52,176 nucleotides of DNA from a bacterium (GCA_027620445.1 JAQBYG010000005.1:1-52176), one strand, 5' to 3'. Positions 10,397-22,080 are shown, counted from the stretch's first letter. Numbers and translations are program-made. The notes: generated from the sequence alone by a model not told the origin.

Positions 10397-10873
10397 ATGC
10401 GATCAAAACAAGCTCCATCCAGAACAGTTCTTCCAGACGGCAAGTACGACTCAGCAGTCGTTGCACGTCTGATTAATTATGTCATGAAAGATGGCAAACA
10501 GAGTGTTGCCAAGAAGCAAGTATATGGTGCTCTCGAACTTGCGGCGACAAAGACTAAACTGAAACCACTCGAGTTACTAGATTCAGTTTTATCTGCAGTC
10601 AGTCCACAGATGGAAGTTCGTTCTCGTCGTGTCGGTGGTGCTGCATATCAGGTTCCGATGCCGGTTCGACCAAAAAGAAGCGAAGCCCTCGCGCTTCGTT
10701 GGTTGGTGCAGGAATCAAACAAACGACCAAGTAAACAATTTCACTCCTTTAGTGAGAAGCTAGCAGCCGAGATGCTCGACGCAATCGAGAACACCGGCGG
10801 AGCTATCAATCGCAAACAAACTGCACATCGTATGGCAGAGGCCAATAAAGCATTTGCTCACTTCCGTTGGTAA
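10397..10873 (+). CDS. rpsG: 30S ribosomal protein S7
   Basis: EVRSRRVGGAAYQVP, MAEANKAFAHFRW. Confidence 0.99.
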   Translation: MRSKQAPSRTVLPDGKYDSAVVARLINYVMKDGKQSVAKKQVYGALELAATKTKLKPLELLDSVLSAVSPQMEVRSRRVGGAAYQVPMPVRPKRSEALALRWLVQESNKRPSKQFHSFSEKLAAEMLDAIENTGGAINRKQTAHRMAEANKAFAHFRW

Positions 10874-10882
10874 AGGTAGTAT

Positions 10883-13009
10883 ATGGCCACTCTTACCCCA
10901 ACGTCTCAAAAGGTTCCGCTGAGCCGCATTCGCAATATCGGCATCATCGCCCATATCGATGCAGGCAAGACTACAACTACCGAGCGTATTCTCTTCTTTA
11001 CTGGCAAAACCTACAAAATCGGTGAGGTGCATGAGGGTGCTGCGACGATGGACTGGATGGCACAAGAACAAGAGCGTGGTATTACCATTGTGTCTGCTGC
11101 AACTACGACTTTCTGGACACCGTACCTCGATGCTCATCTGGACAAATTGCCATACCGACTCAACATTATCGACACTCCAGGTCATGTAGACTTTACCGCC
11201 GAAGTAGAACGCAGTTTGCGCGTACTTGATGGTGGTGTAACCGTGCTCGACGCGAGTGAAGGCGTGCAATCACAATCAGAAACTGTTTGGAGACAAGCAG
11301 ACAAATACAATGTTCCTCGAATCTGTTTCATCAACAAAATGGATAAACTTGGCGCAGATTTCTTGGCAACGATTGAAGACATCAGGGTAAAATTTGGTGT
11401 CAAACCCGCAGTCATGGTCATCCCAATGGGCGCAGAAAATGATTTTAAAGGTGTTATCCAGTTGCTCGAGCGCAAAGCGCTGTTTTGGAACGACTCTGCC
11501 ACAGCCACTGAGCCAGAAATTGCAGAAGTTCCAGAAGAATATAAGGCTCAAGTAGAACAAAAGCGTCTTGAGTTAGTTGAAGCCATTGCCGAGACCGATG
11601 ACGCACTGCTCGAAAAGTTTTTTGCAGAAGAAGAAATTTCCGTTAACGAGCTCAAAGCAGCCCTGCGCAGAGCAGTCATTGCCTATAAACTCGTGCCCGT
11701 TTTTGCAGGCTCTTCCCTCAAGAACACTGGTGTACAACCGGTACTTGATGCGGTTGTTGAGTACTTGCCATCACCAACCGACATTGATCACATCACTGGA
11801 ATCGATCCTAAAACAGATGCAGAGCTAGTGCGCAAATTGGTGCCAGAAGAAAAACTGAGTCTCCTTGCTTTCAAGATCCAGACTGACCCACACGTTGGGA
11901 AATTAACGTACTGCCGAGTGTATTCTGGGGTACTGAACTCTGGTACGTATATTTACAACTCTACCAGAAGAAAGAAAGAGCGTATTGGACGCCTCCTCCT
12001 GATGCACGCCAATCAGCGCGAAGAAATCACTGAAGCAAAAGCAGGGGAAATTGTTGCAATTGTTGGTCTCAAAGATACTAAGACTGGTGATACTCTCTGT
12101 GACGAGGCTAACCCAATTATTCTTGAGGGTATTACCTTCTCAGATCCGGTTATCTCACTTGCGATTGAACCAAGAACAAAATCAGATCAAGAGAAAATGG
12201 GTATGGCTTTGGCAAAATTGGGAGAAGAAGATCCTACTTTCAAGATTAGTTCCAACTCAGACACAGGTCAGACCATCATTGGTGGTATGGGAGAGCTGCA
12301 CTTGGAGATCATTGTTGATCGTATGAAACGAGAGTTTGGTGTCGATGCGAATGTTGGAAAGCCACAGGTTGCATACAAAGAAACAATTACGAAAGTGGCA
12401 GAAGCAGAAGGCAAGTACATCAAACAATCTGGTGGTAGAGGACAGTATGGACACGTACTGCTCAGACTTGAGCCAAAAGATCGAGGCACCGGTTACGAAT
12501 TCAAGAATGAAATCACAGGCGGTGTTGTCCCACGAGAATATATTGAACCAACCAATAAGGGTATCCAAGAATCACTCGAAAGGGGCTTTCTCGCTGGTTA
12601 CCCGATGACTGACATCGCTGTTGCGCTGCATGACGGTTCGTACCACGATGTTGACTCGAGTGAACTTTCATTCAAGATGGCAGGCTCTCTCGGTATGCGC
12701 GAAGGTGTAAAGACTGCTGGTATGGTGCTGCTCGAGCCCATTATGAAGCTCGAAGTTTCTACACCAGATGATTTTATGGGAGATGTCATTGGCGATTTAG
12801 GTTCACGTAGAGCGCAAATTCAAGGCACCGCAACTCGGGGAGCAACCACAATCATCACAGCACTCGCGCCATTGGCAGAGATGCAGGGCTATGTTACAAT
12901 TCTCAGAAGTATGACTCAAGGAAGAGCGTCTTCAGTGATGCTTCCAAGTCATTATGAAATTGTTCCGCAGTCGATCACGGAAAAAATTATCGCAGAACGT
13001 CAAAAGTAA
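10883..13009 (+). CDS. fusA: Elongation factor G
   Basis: [29 protein letters not shown]. Confidence 0.99.
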   Translation: MATLTPTSQKVPLSRIRNIGIIAHIDAGKTTTTERILFFTGKTYKIGEVHEGAATMDWMAQEQERGITIVSAATTTFWTPYLDAHLDKLPYRLNIIDTPGHVDFTAEVERSLRVLDGGVTVLDASEGVQSQSETVWRQADKYNVPRICFINKMDKLGADFLATIEDIRVKFGVKPAVMVIPMGAENDFKGVIQLLERKALFWNDSATATEPEIAEVPEEYKAQVEQKRLELVEAIAETDDALLEKFFAEEEISVNELKAALRRAVIAYKLVPVFAGSSLKNTGVQPVLDAVVEYLPSPTDIDHITGIDPKTDAELVRKLVPEEKLSLLAFKIQTDPHVGKLTYCRVYSGVLNSGTYIYNSTRRKKERIGRLLLMHANQREEITEAKAGEIVAIVGLKDTKTGDTLCDEANPIILEGITFSDPVISLAIEPRTKSDQEKMGMALAKLGEEDPTFKISSNSDTGQTIIGGMGELHLEIIVDRMKREFGVDANVGKPQVAYKETITKVAEAEGKYIKQSGGRGQYGHVLLRLEPKDRGTGYEFKNEITGGVVPREYIEPTNKGIQESLERGFLAGYPMTDIAVALHDGSYHDVDSSELSFKMAGSLGMREGVKTAGMVLLEPIMKLEVSTPDDFMGDVIGDLGSRRAQIQGTATRGATTIITALAPLAEMQGYVTILRSMTQGRASSVMLPSHYEIVPQSITEKIIAERQK

Positions 13010-13048
13010 TAAGTAGTAGTTTGAAGTAATAAAAAAAACGGAGGCACA

Positions 13049-14239
13049 ATGGCAGACGCAAATAAATTTGTCCGCAATAAGCAACATGTAAACATCGGGA
13101 CCATTGGTCACGTTGACCATGGTAAAACAACTCTTTCGGCAGCAATTACCACCACGCTCGCTGCACTTTATCCTTCCGCTTTGAACAAGGCAATGGGGTA
13201 TGGTGATATCGATAATGCTCCAGAAGAAGCTGCTCGTGGTGTTACCATCAATATCTCTCACATTGAGTACGAAACAGAAAAGCGTCACTACGCACACATT
13301 GATGCTCCAGGTCATGCTGACTATATCAAGAACATGATCACTGGCGCAGCGCAGATGGATGGTGCAATTCTTGTTGTCGCCGCTACCGATGGTCCAATGC
13401 CACAGACACGAGAGCACATTCTCTTGGCCAAGCAGGTCAACGTTCCTCAGATCGTTGTTGCACTCAATAAAGTTGACATGGTCGATGATGCTGAGTTGCT
13501 CGATCTGGTCGAGATGGAAGTTCGCGAATTGCTTACCAAGTATGGATATGATGGTGACAAGACTCCTATTGTCCGAGTCAGTGCACTCAAAGCCCTCGAG
13601 GGTGATAAAGATGCACAAGCTCAGGTCATGGAGCTTATGGCCACGGTTGACTCATACATCCCAGATCCAGTTCGAGAGTTGGATAAGCCATTTGCAATGC
13701 CAATCGAAGATGTTTTCTCGATCAAAGGTCGAGGAACAGTAGTGACCGGTAGAATCGCTTCGGGCGTGGTCAAAGTCGGCGAGGAAATCGAAATTGTTGG
13801 TATTCGTGACGCACAAAAGACGACTGTCACTGGTGTTGAGATGTTCCGCAAGTTGCTTGATCAAGGCGAAGCAGGCGACAACGTCGGTATTCTCTTGCGC
13901 GGTGTCGGCAAAGACGATGTCGAGCGTGGACAAGTCCTGGCCAAGCCTGGAACTGCAAAACCATACACCGACTTCGAGGCTGAGGTATACATTCTCACCA
14001 AAGAAGAAGGTGGCAGACACAAGCCATTCTTCACTGGTTACCGTCCACAGTTCTACATCAGAACAACAGACGTTACGGGTGAGATAACTCTGCCGGAAGG
14101 TGTTGAGATGGTCATTCCTGGTGATAACGCCAAGATGACAGTAATTGTGCCAGTAGCCCTACACGAAGGATTGCGTTTCGCAATTCGTGAAGGCGGACAC
14201 ACGATTGGTGCAGGAGCAATAACCAAAATCCTGAAGTAA
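13049..14239 (+). CDS. tuf: Elongation factor Tu
   Basis: [29 protein letters not shown]; SD GGAGG. Confidence 0.99.
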   Translation: MADANKFVRNKQHVNIGTIGHVDHGKTTLSAAITTTLAALYPSALNKAMGYGDIDNAPEEAARGVTINISHIEYETEKRHYAHIDAPGHADYIKNMITGAAQMDGAILVVAATDGPMPQTREHILLAKQVNVPQIVVALNKVDMVDDAELLDLVEMEVRELLTKYGYDGDKTPIVRVSALKALEGDKDAQAQVMELMATVDSYIPDPVRELDKPFAMPIEDVFSIKGRGTVVTGRIASGVVKVGEEIEIVGIRDAQKTTVTGVEMFRKLLDQGEAGDNVGILLRGVGKDDVERGQVLAKPGTAKPYTDFEAEVYILTKEEGGRHKPFFTGYRPQFYIRTTDVTGEITLPEGVEMVIPGDNAKMTVIVPVALHEGLRFAIREGGHTIGAGAITKILK

Positions 14240-14260
14240 GGTATAGCAAAAATTAAGAGT

Positions 14261-14295
14261 AGCGCTCGAGGAAACCTCGGGCGCTTCTTTTTTTT
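14261..14295 (+). terminator. Rho-independent terminator after tuf
   Basis: AGCGCTCGAGG-AAA-CCTCGGGCGCT stem followed by a T run. Confidence 0.9.
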
Positions 14296-14331
14296 GACAG
14301 ATGCGTAAATAAACAATCTCGAGTGACGGGG

Positions 14332-14360
14332 TTTACTTCTCGAGAAAAAGTTTGTATAAT
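14332..14360 (+). promoter_or_regulatory. sigma70 promoter of the S10 cluster
   Basis: TTTACT-17 bp-TATAAT, 30 nt upstream of the rpsJ ATG and just after the tuf terminator. Confidence 0.7.
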
Positions 14361-14390
14361 CGCACCCTACGATTTGGTCAAGAAAGATAC

Positions 14391-14723
14391 ATGGCAAAAC
14401 AAGTAAAAACAGACGCAGCAACCAACAAGATTCGAGTACGTCTCAAATCGTATGACCATCGTGTCATTGATGAGGCAAGCAAGAAAATTCTTGAGACAAC
14501 ACTCTCAACTGGAGCACAGGTTGTTGGTCCCGTCCCATTACCGACTCACATCAGAGCCTTTACTGTTTTGACCTCGCCACACGCAGACAAGAACGCCCAA
14601 GAGCACTACGAGATCAGAACACACAAACGTATGCTCGATATCGTAAACCCAACAAGCAAAACAATCGACTCGTTAATGCATTTAGAGCTGCCAGCAGGAG
14701 TATCAATACAGATAAAGATGTAA
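14391..14723 (+). CDS. rpsJ: 30S ribosomal protein S10
   Basis: [27 protein letters not shown]; ATG 14391 preferred over the TTG inside the -10 region. Confidence 0.98.
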   Translation: MAKQVKTDAATNKIRVRLKSYDHRVIDEASKKILETTLSTGAQVVGPVPLPTHIRAFTVLTSPHADKNAQEHYEIRTHKRMLDIVNPTSKTIDSLMHLELPAGVSIQIKM

Positions 14724-14759
14724 GCTGAATGCTCCAAGAGAATAGAGAAACATATACGT

Positions 14760-15503
14760 ATGCAAGATATCTTTGTGACAAAAATTGGCATGACACAAGC
14801 CTGGAACACCGCCGGGAAGCGTATTGCTGTGACTCGTTGCAAAGCAGCCGATAATTTAATCGTCGCTTCAAAAGCATCAGACGCTGAAAATACCACCTCC
14901 CTTATCGTGGGATATGGCAAAAAAAACCTCAAAAACATGAAGAAACCAGTCCGCTCTCAGCTTGCTCAGAGCGGTTTTACTATTGGTGCACAACTATTGC
15001 GCGGCACCAAGTTTACAGCCACAGATGAAGCCACTGCAGCACCAAGTGTTGGCAGTAGCATCTCTGCTCTCGATGTGCTCACAGTAGGGGATGTCGTCAA
15101 GGTGCAGGGCACATCAAAAGGAAGAGGTTTCGCTGGTGGTGTCAAACGATATGGTTTTAAAGGTGGACCTAAGACGCATGGTCAATCAGATCGTACTCGT
15201 GCAATTGGTTCTATCGGTGCAGGTACTACTCCCGGTAGAGTGTACAAAGGCAAACGAATGCCTGGACACTTCGGTGTGGACGTCATCACCGTTTCTGGAC
15301 TGGTTGTGGTGCACGTTGACCCAGCTGGAAAAGAGATTTGGATTAGTGGTCCAGTGCCAGGTTCTATCAGCTCATCACTGCGAATTCGCAAACAAGGTGA
15401 ACACCAAGCGGTTTCACTCAACTTTGCTGCATCTGGTGTAGCAGAGCCGGTTGTGGAGAAGACAGACGAACCAAAAGAAGCAGTGACAGAGGCAGCAGCG
15501 TAA
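14760..15503 (+). CDS. rplC: 50S ribosomal protein L3
   Basis: [25 protein letters not shown]. Confidence 0.98.
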   Translation: MQDIFVTKIGMTQAWNTAGKRIAVTRCKAADNLIVASKASDAENTTSLIVGYGKKNLKNMKKPVRSQLAQSGFTIGAQLLRGTKFTATDEATAAPSVGSSISALDVLTVGDVVKVQGTSKGRGFAGGVKRYGFKGGPKTHGQSDRTRAIGSIGAGTTPGRVYKGKRMPGHFGVDVITVSGLVVVHVDPAGKEIWISGPVPGSISSSLRIRKQGEHQAVSLNFAASGVAEPVVEKTDEPKEAVTEAAA

Positions 15504-15504
15504 C

Positions 15505-16200
15505 ATGAAAAAAGCAATCAATACAAAACTAGTCGCCCAAGCTGTTTCAGTCGTGCTCTCGAACAAGCGACAGGGTACGAGTAAAACCAAAACACGTGCT
15601 GAAGTATCACGTACTAAGAAAAAATTGTACAAGCAAAAAGGTACGGGTGGAGCTCGTCATGGCGCACGATCTGCTCCAATTTTTGTGGGTGGTGGAGTTG
15701 CGCACGGACCAAGAGGTAACGCCAATTGGAGTCGCGCTTTGCCACCGGCAATGAAGCGACAAGCGCTCTCTGAGGCTTTGAGTATGCAAGCGGCGGTTAC
15801 TTCTATAATTTCTGGCCTCTCAACTCTTACTGGTAAAACAAAAGGTGCAGTAGAGTTGCTCAAAAAAGCAGCTCCCGATGCTACCAAGATTTGCATTGTT
15901 CTTGATAAATCAGACGCAAATGTGCTTCGTTCCCTCAGAAACATTGCAAGAGTAACACCAGTACTTGCAGCCCAATTGAACGTACTACACGTAGTTCAAG
16001 CTGATGCAATTTTGTTTACCAAAGAATCAAAAGCGATGGTTGATGCGCGAATTGGTGGCGAACCAAGTGTTGTAGTTGTAGAAAAGCCAGTTGTCGAGTC
16101 AGCTGCGAAGAAACCAGCAGCTAAAAAAACTGTTACCAAAAAAGCAGTTGCCAAAAAAACCACTGTAAAGCCAGCAGTGACGAAAGCAAAAAAGGCATAA
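15505..16200 (+). CDS. rplD: 50S ribosomal protein L4 (short N-terminus, Lys/Ala-rich C-tail)
   Basis: [24 protein letters not shown]. Confidence 0.97.
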   Translation: MKKAINTKLVAQAVSVVLSNKRQGTSKTKTRAEVSRTKKKLYKQKGTGGARHGARSAPIFVGGGVAHGPRGNANWSRALPPAMKRQALSEALSMQAAVTSIISGLSTLTGKTKGAVELLKKAAPDATKICIVLDKSDANVLRSLRNIARVTPVLAAQLNVLHVVQADAILFTKESKAMVDARIGGEPSVVVVEKPVVESAAKKPAAKKTVTKKAVAKKTTVKPAVTKAKKA

Positions 16201-16509
16201 ATGCAAACATTCTCGATAAAAAAACCAATCATCACTGAGAAAACCTATCAATTGGCAGCAACCGGAAACGCCTATACCTTTGCAGTCGCTACCAGTGCTA
16301 CCAAAAATCAAATTAAAGAAGCAGTTGAGAAGGCATTTTCAGTCACTGTTTTGGCTGTCCGCACGCTTATGTACAACTCACACAGTAAACGTGTCGGCAC
16401 AAAGCGTCTTTTGTCTCAAAAGAAAAAGGTGAAGCGAGCAGTAGTCACGCTCAAGGCTGGTGATAGTATCGATTTATTTAATGTAGGAGCAGCAGAAAAA
16501 ACTGCATAA
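16201..16509 (+). CDS. rplW: 50S ribosomal protein L23
   Basis: PIITEK, ATKNQIKEAVE, KRAVVTL. Confidence 0.97.
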   Translation: MQTFSIKKPIITEKTYQLAATGNAYTFAVATSATKNQIKEAVEKAFSVTVLAVRTLMYNSHSKRVGTKRLLSQKKKVKRAVVTLKAGDSIDLFNVGAAEKTA

Positions 16510-16512
16510 ACT

Positions 16513-17349
16513 ATGTTACGACAACGCAAACCAACCAGCGACGGCAGAAGAAATCAAGTAGTGATCGATCGTTCCGAACTACACAAAGGTTCTCCCGAGA
16601 AATCACTGCTCGTTCCAGGTCACAAAAAGAGACAGGGTCGAGGTTTCCGTGGCCATGTCACGGTTCGTCATCGCGGTGGTGGTGTTAAGAAACGTTTGCG
16701 GGTTATCGATTGGAAGCGTAGCAAACGCAACATCTCAGGTGTAGTGCAGCGAATCGAGTACGATCCAATGCGCAGTGCTCACATAGCTTTGATTCAATAC
16801 CCAGATGGAGAAAAAACCTATCAACTTTCTCCAGAAGGTCTCCAAGTAGGTGACGCCATTATGGCCGGGCCAACTGCAGAAATTAGACCAGGAAATGCTT
16901 TGCCTCTAGCAAATATTCCCGTGGGTGTATTTATTCACAACATTGAAATGACACCAGGTAAAGGCGCTCAAATCGTTCGTGGAGCAGGTACTGGCGCACT
17001 GATTCAATCCAAAGAAGAGAAGTTCGCAGTTGTGTTGCTTCCCTCAAAAGAACTTCGTTTGCTAAAACTTGATTGTATCGCTACAATCGGCCAGGTTGGT
17101 AATCAAGAGTGGAAGGGTCGCAAGCTCGGCAAAGCTGGCACAAAGCGCTTGCTTGGTATTCGTCCAACGGTTCGTGGTACTGCACAACATCCAAACAGTC
17201 ATCCACATGGTGGTGGTGAAGGTCGCAGTGGCGTTGGTATGAAGTATCCAAAGACGCCATGGGGCAAACATGCATTTGGTAAGAAAACTCGCAGTAAGCG
17301 AAAAACAAGTAAAAAATATATTGTACGAGATAGACGGAGCAAAAAATAA
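16513..17349 (+). CDS. rplB: 50S ribosomal protein L2
   Basis: [28 protein letters not shown]. Confidence 0.99.
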   Translation: MLRQRKPTSDGRRNQVVIDRSELHKGSPEKSLLVPGHKKRQGRGFRGHVTVRHRGGGVKKRLRVIDWKRSKRNISGVVQRIEYDPMRSAHIALIQYPDGEKTYQLSPEGLQVGDAIMAGPTAEIRPGNALPLANIPVGVFIHNIEMTPGKGAQIVRGAGTGALIQSKEEKFAVVLLPSKELRLLKLDCIATIGQVGNQEWKGRKLGKAGTKRLLGIRPTVRGTAQHPNSHPHGGGEGRSGVGMKYPKTPWGKHAFGKKTRSKRKTSKKYIVRDRRSKK

Positions 17350-17351
17350 TC

Positions 17352-17636
17352 ATGTCAAGATCAAGTAAAAAAGGACCATATGTCGATCCAAAACTGCTCA
17401 TCAAAGTGATGAAGCAGAAGCAGATGGGCGATAAGACAGCTATCAAGACCTGGAGTAGGCACTCGGTTATCAGTCCTGATTTTGTTGGTCACACTTTTCT
17501 GATTCATCAGGGCAAGGCTTTTGTTGAGGTTTTTATTAGCGAGGCTATGGTCGGTCACAAGTTGGGTGAGTTTGCCCCAACCAGAACATTCCGCGGTCAC
17601 GGCAGAATCGTAAAACGAGTACTTACCAAGACATAA
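17352..17636 (+). CDS. rpsS: 30S ribosomal protein S19
   Basis: [28 protein letters not shown]. Confidence 0.99.
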   Translation: MSRSSKKGPYVDPKLLIKVMKQKQMGDKTAIKTWSRHSVISPDFVGHTFLIHQGKAFVEVFISEAMVGHKLGEFAPTRTFRGHGRIVKRVLTKT

Positions 17637-17643
17637 ACTGCAT

Positions 17644-18105
17644 ATGATCATTAGAGTAGTTCAAAAAAATACCAGACAAACACCGAGAAAAATTCGCTTC
17701 GTTGCCGATGCGGTACGCAGTCTGTCTGTCGAGGCAGCTCTCAAGCAGCTCGCGGTTGTCGAAAGACGATCAGCTTTAGTGATGCTCAAAGTCTTTCGTC
17801 AGGCGCTTGCAAATGCACAACATAATCACAATCTTTCGATTGATCAACTAAAAATTAAGTCAATTCAAGTAAATGAGGGTGCTCGCTACAAACGATTCCG
17901 TGCGGTTAGTCGAGGTCGCGCACACAGCATTGTTAAATTGGCCAGCCACGTCATTTTGGAGCTCGAAGAAGTAGAGAAAAAGGCTGAAGAGCCAAAAAAA
18001 GAGATTGAAGTAAAGTCTGAAGCAAAAGTTGAACCAAAATCTGAACCAAAAAAAGTGATAGCAAAAAAAACAGTAGCAAGTACAAAAAAGCCAAGTAAAA
18101 AGTAA
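17644..18105 (+). CDS. rplV: 50S ribosomal protein L22 with charged C-terminal extension
   Basis: TPRKIR, ALANA.HN, KRFRAVSRGRA. Confidence 0.97.
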   Translation: MIIRVVQKNTRQTPRKIRFVADAVRSLSVEAALKQLAVVERRSALVMLKVFRQALANAQHNHNLSIDQLKIKSIQVNEGARYKRFRAVSRGRAHSIVKLASHVILELEEVEKKAEEPKKEIEVKSEAKVEPKSEPKKVIAKKTVASTKKPSKK

Positions 18106-18138
18106 GAGAGTGTAGTACAATACCCCTCTGGTAAAAAT

Positions 18139-18789
18139 ATGGGACAAAAAGTTCATCCAACTGGCTTTCGCACTGGCAACACTTTCGGTTGGAAGTCGCG
18201 CTGGTTTGCTGAACCCGCGCAATACAGCGATACTGTTATCGAAGATTATCGATTGCGCACACACCTCAAAAAGAAGTTATTGAGTGCTGGAGTTGTGCAG
18301 GTTGATATCGAACGATCTTTAACTATCATCAAAATTGTGTTGTACGTATCTCGTCCTGGCGTTGTGATTGGTCGCGGTGGTGTAAACCTCGAGGAAGTAA
18401 AGAAAGATGTCGAGCGCTTACTCAATGTCTCAAAACTCAAGAAGGACCGTGTCAAAATTGATTTGCGTGTCGAAGAAGTAAATAAACCAGATTTAAGTGC
18501 AAAGCTAGTTGTTGAGCGAATCCAAAATCAACTCCTGAAGCGATTCCCTCATCGCAGAGCTGTTATGCAAGCGATTGAGCGCGTGATGCAGGCGGGAGCA
18601 CTCGGAGTAAAAATCGAGTTGTCAGGAAGAATTGGTGGCGCAGAAATTGGACGCAACGAGAAGTACTCACAAGGAAGCGTGCCAACACAAACACTACGTG
18701 CAAATATAGATTATTACCAAGAAGCCGCGCCAACTCGTTCAGGATTTGTCGGCATCAAGGTTTGGATCTATAGAGGAGAGGTAGTATAG
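18139..18789 (+). CDS. rpsC: 30S ribosomal protein S3
   Basis: MGQKVHPTGFR, RPGVVIGRGG, GIKVWIY. Confidence 0.99.
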   Translation: MGQKVHPTGFRTGNTFGWKSRWFAEPAQYSDTVIEDYRLRTHLKKKLLSAGVVQVDIERSLTIIKIVLYVSRPGVVIGRGGVNLEEVKKDVERLLNVSKLKKDRVKIDLRVEEVNKPDLSAKLVVERIQNQLLKRFPHRRAVMQAIERVMQAGALGVKIELSGRIGGAEIGRNEKYSQGSVPTQTLRANIDYYQEAAPTRSGFVGIKVWIYRGEVV

Positions 18790-18791
18790 CT

Positions 18792-19196
18792 ATGTTGCAA
18801 CCGCGAAAAGAAAAATTCCGCAAGCAATTTAGAGGCAAACGCCGTGGTATAGCTACCCGAGGTGTTGATGTTGCGTTTGGTGAGTTTGGTTTGCAGGCTG
18901 CTTCGTCTGGTTGGGTGTCGGGACGACAAATCGAAGCCGCCCGTAAGAAGATTACGTTTATGACCAAACGGGCTGGTAAGTACTGGGTTCGTGTCTTCCC
19001 ACACAAGCCAATTACTAAGAAGCCAGTTGGGGTAAAAATGGGTTCGGGTAAAGGTGCAGTCGAAGAACACGTAGCGGTAGTAAAATCTGGCTCGGTTCTT
19101 TTCGAGTTGTCCGGTGTAACAGAAGAAATTGCAAGAGATGCATTTCGCAAAGCAGGACATAAATTATCGGTCAAAACAGCTTTTTTGAAAAAATGA
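18792..19196 (+). CDS. rplP: 50S ribosomal protein L16
   Basis: MLQP..KFRKQ, QIEAAR, KMGSGKG. Confidence 0.99.
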   Translation: MLQPRKEKFRKQFRGKRRGIATRGVDVAFGEFGLQAASSGWVSGRQIEAARKKITFMTKRAGKYWVRVFPHKPITKKPVGVKMGSGKGAVEEHVAVVKSGSVLFELSGVTEEIARDAFRKAGHKLSVKTAFLKK

Positions 19197-19197
19197 C

Positions 19198-19404
19198 ATG
19201 AAACAAAACGATATACACAAACTACACGAACTAGAAGCGAGTGAGCTCATACAGAAACTTGATGAGTTGAGAACCTCTTTTGTTTCGCTGCGAATGCAGA
19301 AGTTTTCGCACAAGCTCGCAAACATTGCCCAAGTTTCTCACTTGGCCAAAGACATTGCTCGCGTACAGACCGTGTTAAAAGAAAAGATGAAGGCAACAGC
19401 ATGA
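19198..19404 (+). CDS. rpmC: 50S ribosomal protein L29
   Basis: 68-aa helical protein, KDIARVQTVL, canonical position. Confidence 0.92.
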   Translation: MKQNDIHKLHELEASELIQKLDELRTSFVSLRMQKFSHKLANIAQVSHLAKDIARVQTVLKEKMKATA

Positions 19405-19640
19405 AACAGCTTCAAGGCATAATTACTACACTCAAGACACCAAACACGGCACAAGTTACCGTAACCAGACAGTGGCAGCACCCCATGTACGGCAAGTCAG
19501 TTAAACGCACAAAGCGATATGCCTGTCACTACACAGACCTTAAGTTGCAAGAAGGTGACGAGGTAGTGATCGAGTCATGCAGACCAATGAGTAAAACAAA
19601 ACGATTTAAAGTAGCAGCAAAAGTAGTGAAAGCAGAATGA
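19401..19640 (+). CDS. rpsQ: 30S ribosomal protein S17
   Basis: [16 protein letters not shown]. Confidence 0.97.
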   Translation: MKQLQGIITTLKTPNTAQVTVTRQWQHPMYGKSVKRTKRYACHYTDLKLQEGDEVVIESCRPMSKTKRFKVAAKVVKAE

Positions 19641-20011
19641 TTCAATTGCGAACCGTATTAGCTGTGAGTGACAACAGTGGGCCAAAACGCCTGCGCGTTA
19701 TTCAAGTGCATGGCGGATCACAACGACGTTTCGGTTATATTGGCGATATTGTGGCCGCGTCAGTGATTGCTGCTGATCCACAATCGAACATTAAAAAAGG
19801 TGAAAAAGTGAAAGCCGTGATCGTTCGCACTAGAAAAGAGTTTCGCAGAGCCAATGGCACCTACGTACGATTTGACGACAATGCTGCCGTGATTATAGAG
19901 TCTATGAAGAGTCCTAATCCCATTGGTACTCGTGTATTTGGACCAGTGGCTCGCGAGGTAAAGAATAGAGGCTTTGCAAAAATTGCAAGCTTGGCACCAG
20001 AGGTACTATAA
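19637..20011 (+). CDS. rplN: 50S ribosomal protein L14
   Basis: [30 protein letters not shown]. Confidence 0.99.
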   Translation: MIQLRTVLAVSDNSGPKRLRVIQVHGGSQRRFGYIGDIVAASVIAADPQSNIKKGEKVKAVIVRTRKEFRRANGTYVRFDDNAAVIIESMKSPNPIGTRVFGPVAREVKNRGFAKIASLAPEVL

Positions 20012-20013
20012 CT

Positions 20014-20340
20014 ATGAAAGTATTTGTAGGCGACAAAGTACTGGTGACATCGGGTAGAGATAAGGGAATGACCGGAGAGATCACTAAGGTTTTTCCAAAA
20101 GAAAATAAGGTCGTCGTCGCTGGTGCAAATATGTACTCGCGCCATGTCAAACCAAGAGACGGCCAAGCAGGAGAGATCCGCAAGGTAGAGCGACCACTTG
20201 ATATGGGAAAGATAGCGGTCCTCAACGAAAAAGGAAAACAAGACAGAATAGGATTTGAGATCAAAGGTGGGACTAAGACAAGAATTTTTAAGAAATCCGG
20301 AGCTCTAGCACCAGTGGTGAAAGCTGCAAAAAAGAAATAA
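20014..20340 (+). CDS. rplX: 50S ribosomal protein L24
   Basis: GDKVLVTSGRDKG KOW motif. Confidence 0.97.
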   Translation: MKVFVGDKVLVTSGRDKGMTGEITKVFPKENKVVVAGANMYSRHVKPRDGQAGEIRKVERPLDMGKIAVLNEKGKQDRIGFEIKGGTKTRIFKKSGALAPVVKAAKKK

Positions 20341-20909
20341 TGACACAACTACAACAACACTACAAAGACACCGTCGTACCAGCACTCAAAAAAGAGATGG
20401 GTGTGCAGAGTGAGTTCGCCGTGCCAAGACTACTCAAGATAGTAGTAAATATGGGCGTGAGTAATCCGCAAGATCCTCGAGCTCGAAAACCAGTTCTAGA
20501 GAATATTGCACAACAGTTCATGGCCATCACGGGTCAAAAACCGAATATTACACTTGCTAAAAAATCTATCGCAACCTTTAAGTTGCGCCAGGGTGACCCA
20601 CTTGGAGTGAGTGTTACACTGCGCGACAACCGCATGTGGCAGTTCTTTGACAAATTACTCGCTGTTGCATTACCTAGAGTGAAAGATTTTCAAGGAGTGC
20701 CAAGTACGAGCTTCGATGGTAATGGCAATTATAGTTTGGGCATACAAGAGCAAATCATTTTTCCAGAAGTAAATTTTGATACAGTCGAGAGCATCAGAAG
20801 TTTTCAGGCAGTGTTTGTTACAACAGCAAACAACAATGCTGATGCCCTGCGATTGTTTACACTACTAGGTATGCCCTTCGTGAAAAAGGAAGATACATCA
20901 GGAAAGTAA
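20340..20909 (+). CDS. rplE: 50S ribosomal protein L5
   Basis: KIVVNMG, ITGQKP, FDGNGNY, EQIIFPE. Confidence 0.98.
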   Translation: MTQLQQHYKDTVVPALKKEMGVQSEFAVPRLLKIVVNMGVSNPQDPRARKPVLENIAQQFMAITGQKPNITLAKKSIATFKLRQGDPLGVSVTLRDNRMWQFFDKLLAVALPRVKDFQGVPSTSFDGNGNYSLGIQEQIIFPEVNFDTVESIRSFQAVFVTTANNNADALRLFTLLGMPFVKKEDTSGK

Positions 20910-20915
20910 TAGAGT

Positions 20916-21146
20916 ATGGCAAAGAAATCTAAAATCGCTAAATCATTACGGCTGTTGCAAAAGCGACGAGAGCTCATTCTCTCTGGAGAGAAAAAATATA
21001 ATCGAGTCTCGACTCGAGGAGTAAATCGATGTAAAATAACCGGCCGACCCAAGGCATATATGCGGTTCTTTGGTTTAAGTAGACTAACATTCAGAGAACT
21101 AGCACTCAAAGGTGAGCTACCTGGTGTTGTAAAGGCAAGTAAGTAA
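20916..21146 (+). CDS. rpsN: 30S ribosomal protein S14 (zinc-ribbon-less form)
   Basis: [30 protein letters not shown]. Confidence 0.97.
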   Translation: MAKKSKIAKSLRLLQKRRELILSGEKKYNRVSTRGVNRCKITGRPKAYMRFFGLSRLTFRELALKGELPGVVKASK

Positions 21147-21147
21147 C

Positions 21148-21537
21148 ATGACAGATCCAATCGCAGACTTTCTCATCCGAATCAAGAACGCACTACGTGC
21201 GCATCACACTATAGTGGAGTTGCCGTACTCAAAGATGCGTCACTCCCTTGGCGAAATCTTGGTTCAAGAGGGGTACATTACCAAAATTGAGCAGGTAACT
21301 ACTGGTAAGTTTCCATCTTTGAAAGTCGAGCTGAAGTACAACAATCGTGTCTCAGTTGTAAACGATGTTAAGCGCATTTCGAAGCCAGGTCGCAGAGTGT
21401 ATGCGCCAGCAAACAAAATTCCCCGAGCACTCGGAGGTTATGGCATTACGATTTTATCAACGAACGAAGGATTATTATCAGATAAAGAAGCGCGCAAGCG
21501 TAAGCTTGGCGGAGAACTGCTTTGTCAGGTTTGGTAA
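21148..21537 (+). CDS. rpsH: 30S ribosomal protein S8
   Basis: DPIADFLIRIKN, RISKPGRRVY, GGELL. Confidence 0.99.
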   Translation: MTDPIADFLIRIKNALRAHHTIVELPYSKMRHSLGEILVQEGYITKIEQVTTGKFPSLKVELKYNNRVSVVNDVKRISKPGRRVYAPANKIPRALGGYGITILSTNEGLLSDKEARKRKLGGELLCQVW

Positions 21538-21540
21538 GAT

Positions 21541-22080
21541 ATGTCAAAAATTGGACGCACACCCATCAGCATTCCTTCTGGCGTTACGCTCACTCAGAAC
21601 AATCGTGAAGTGGTTGTTACAGGCCCAAAGGGAGAGCTTACTGTTACGCTGCTTTCTGGTATTACTTTTACCCAAACAGAATCTGAAATCTCTGTTACTC
21701 GAGCAAACGACACGAGACAGAGCAAAGCAAACCATGGTTTAATCCGCAGTTTGTTGCAGAATGCAATTATTGGAGTGAGTACAGGCTATACCAAGACCTT
21801 AAAGCTTGTCGGCACAGGTTATAGAGCGCAGTCCAAAGGTGCTGGTGTTTCACTCGCCTTGGGATACTCTCACCCCATAGTTCAGGAGGCTATCCAGGGT
21901 ATTACCCTTGCTGTTCCAGACACAGAAACAATTATTATCACCGGAATTGACAAGCAACGTGTTGGTCAAATCGCAGCTGAGATTCGCGCAATGCGACCAC
22001 CAGAGCCTTACAAGGGCAAGGGCGTGCGATATGAGGGCGAAGTAGTCAAACGTAAACAAGGTAAGGCAGCCGCAGCATAA
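21541..22080 (+). CDS. rplF: 50S ribosomal protein L6
   Basis: MSKIGR, GPKGEL, RPPEPYKGKG. Confidence 0.99.
   Translation: MSKIGRTPISIPSGVTLTQNNREVVVTGPKGELTVTLLSGITFTQTESEISVTRANDTRQSKANHGLIRSLLQNAIIGVSTGYTKTLKLVGTGYRAQSKGAGVSLALGYSHPIVQEAIQGITLAVPDTETIIITGIDKQRVGQIAAEIRAMRPPEPYKGKGVRYEGEVVKRKQGKAAAA

Noticed and set aside
14130-14170. Apparent 2-residue deletion in EF-Tu domain III ([10 protein letters not shown])
   Set aside because: In-frame and minor; cannot be distinguished from lineage variation or assembly error without an alignment.
14352-14390. Extended rpsJ start at TTG 14352
   Set aside because: It overlaps the -10 box of the S10 promoter; ATG 14391 fits better.
12932-14421. 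Long antisense ORFs over tuf (228, 122 and 122 aa) and similar ones over rpoBC and r-protein genes
   Set aside because: Shadow ORFs typical of the reverse strand of conserved, codon-biased genes; no motifs or expression signals.
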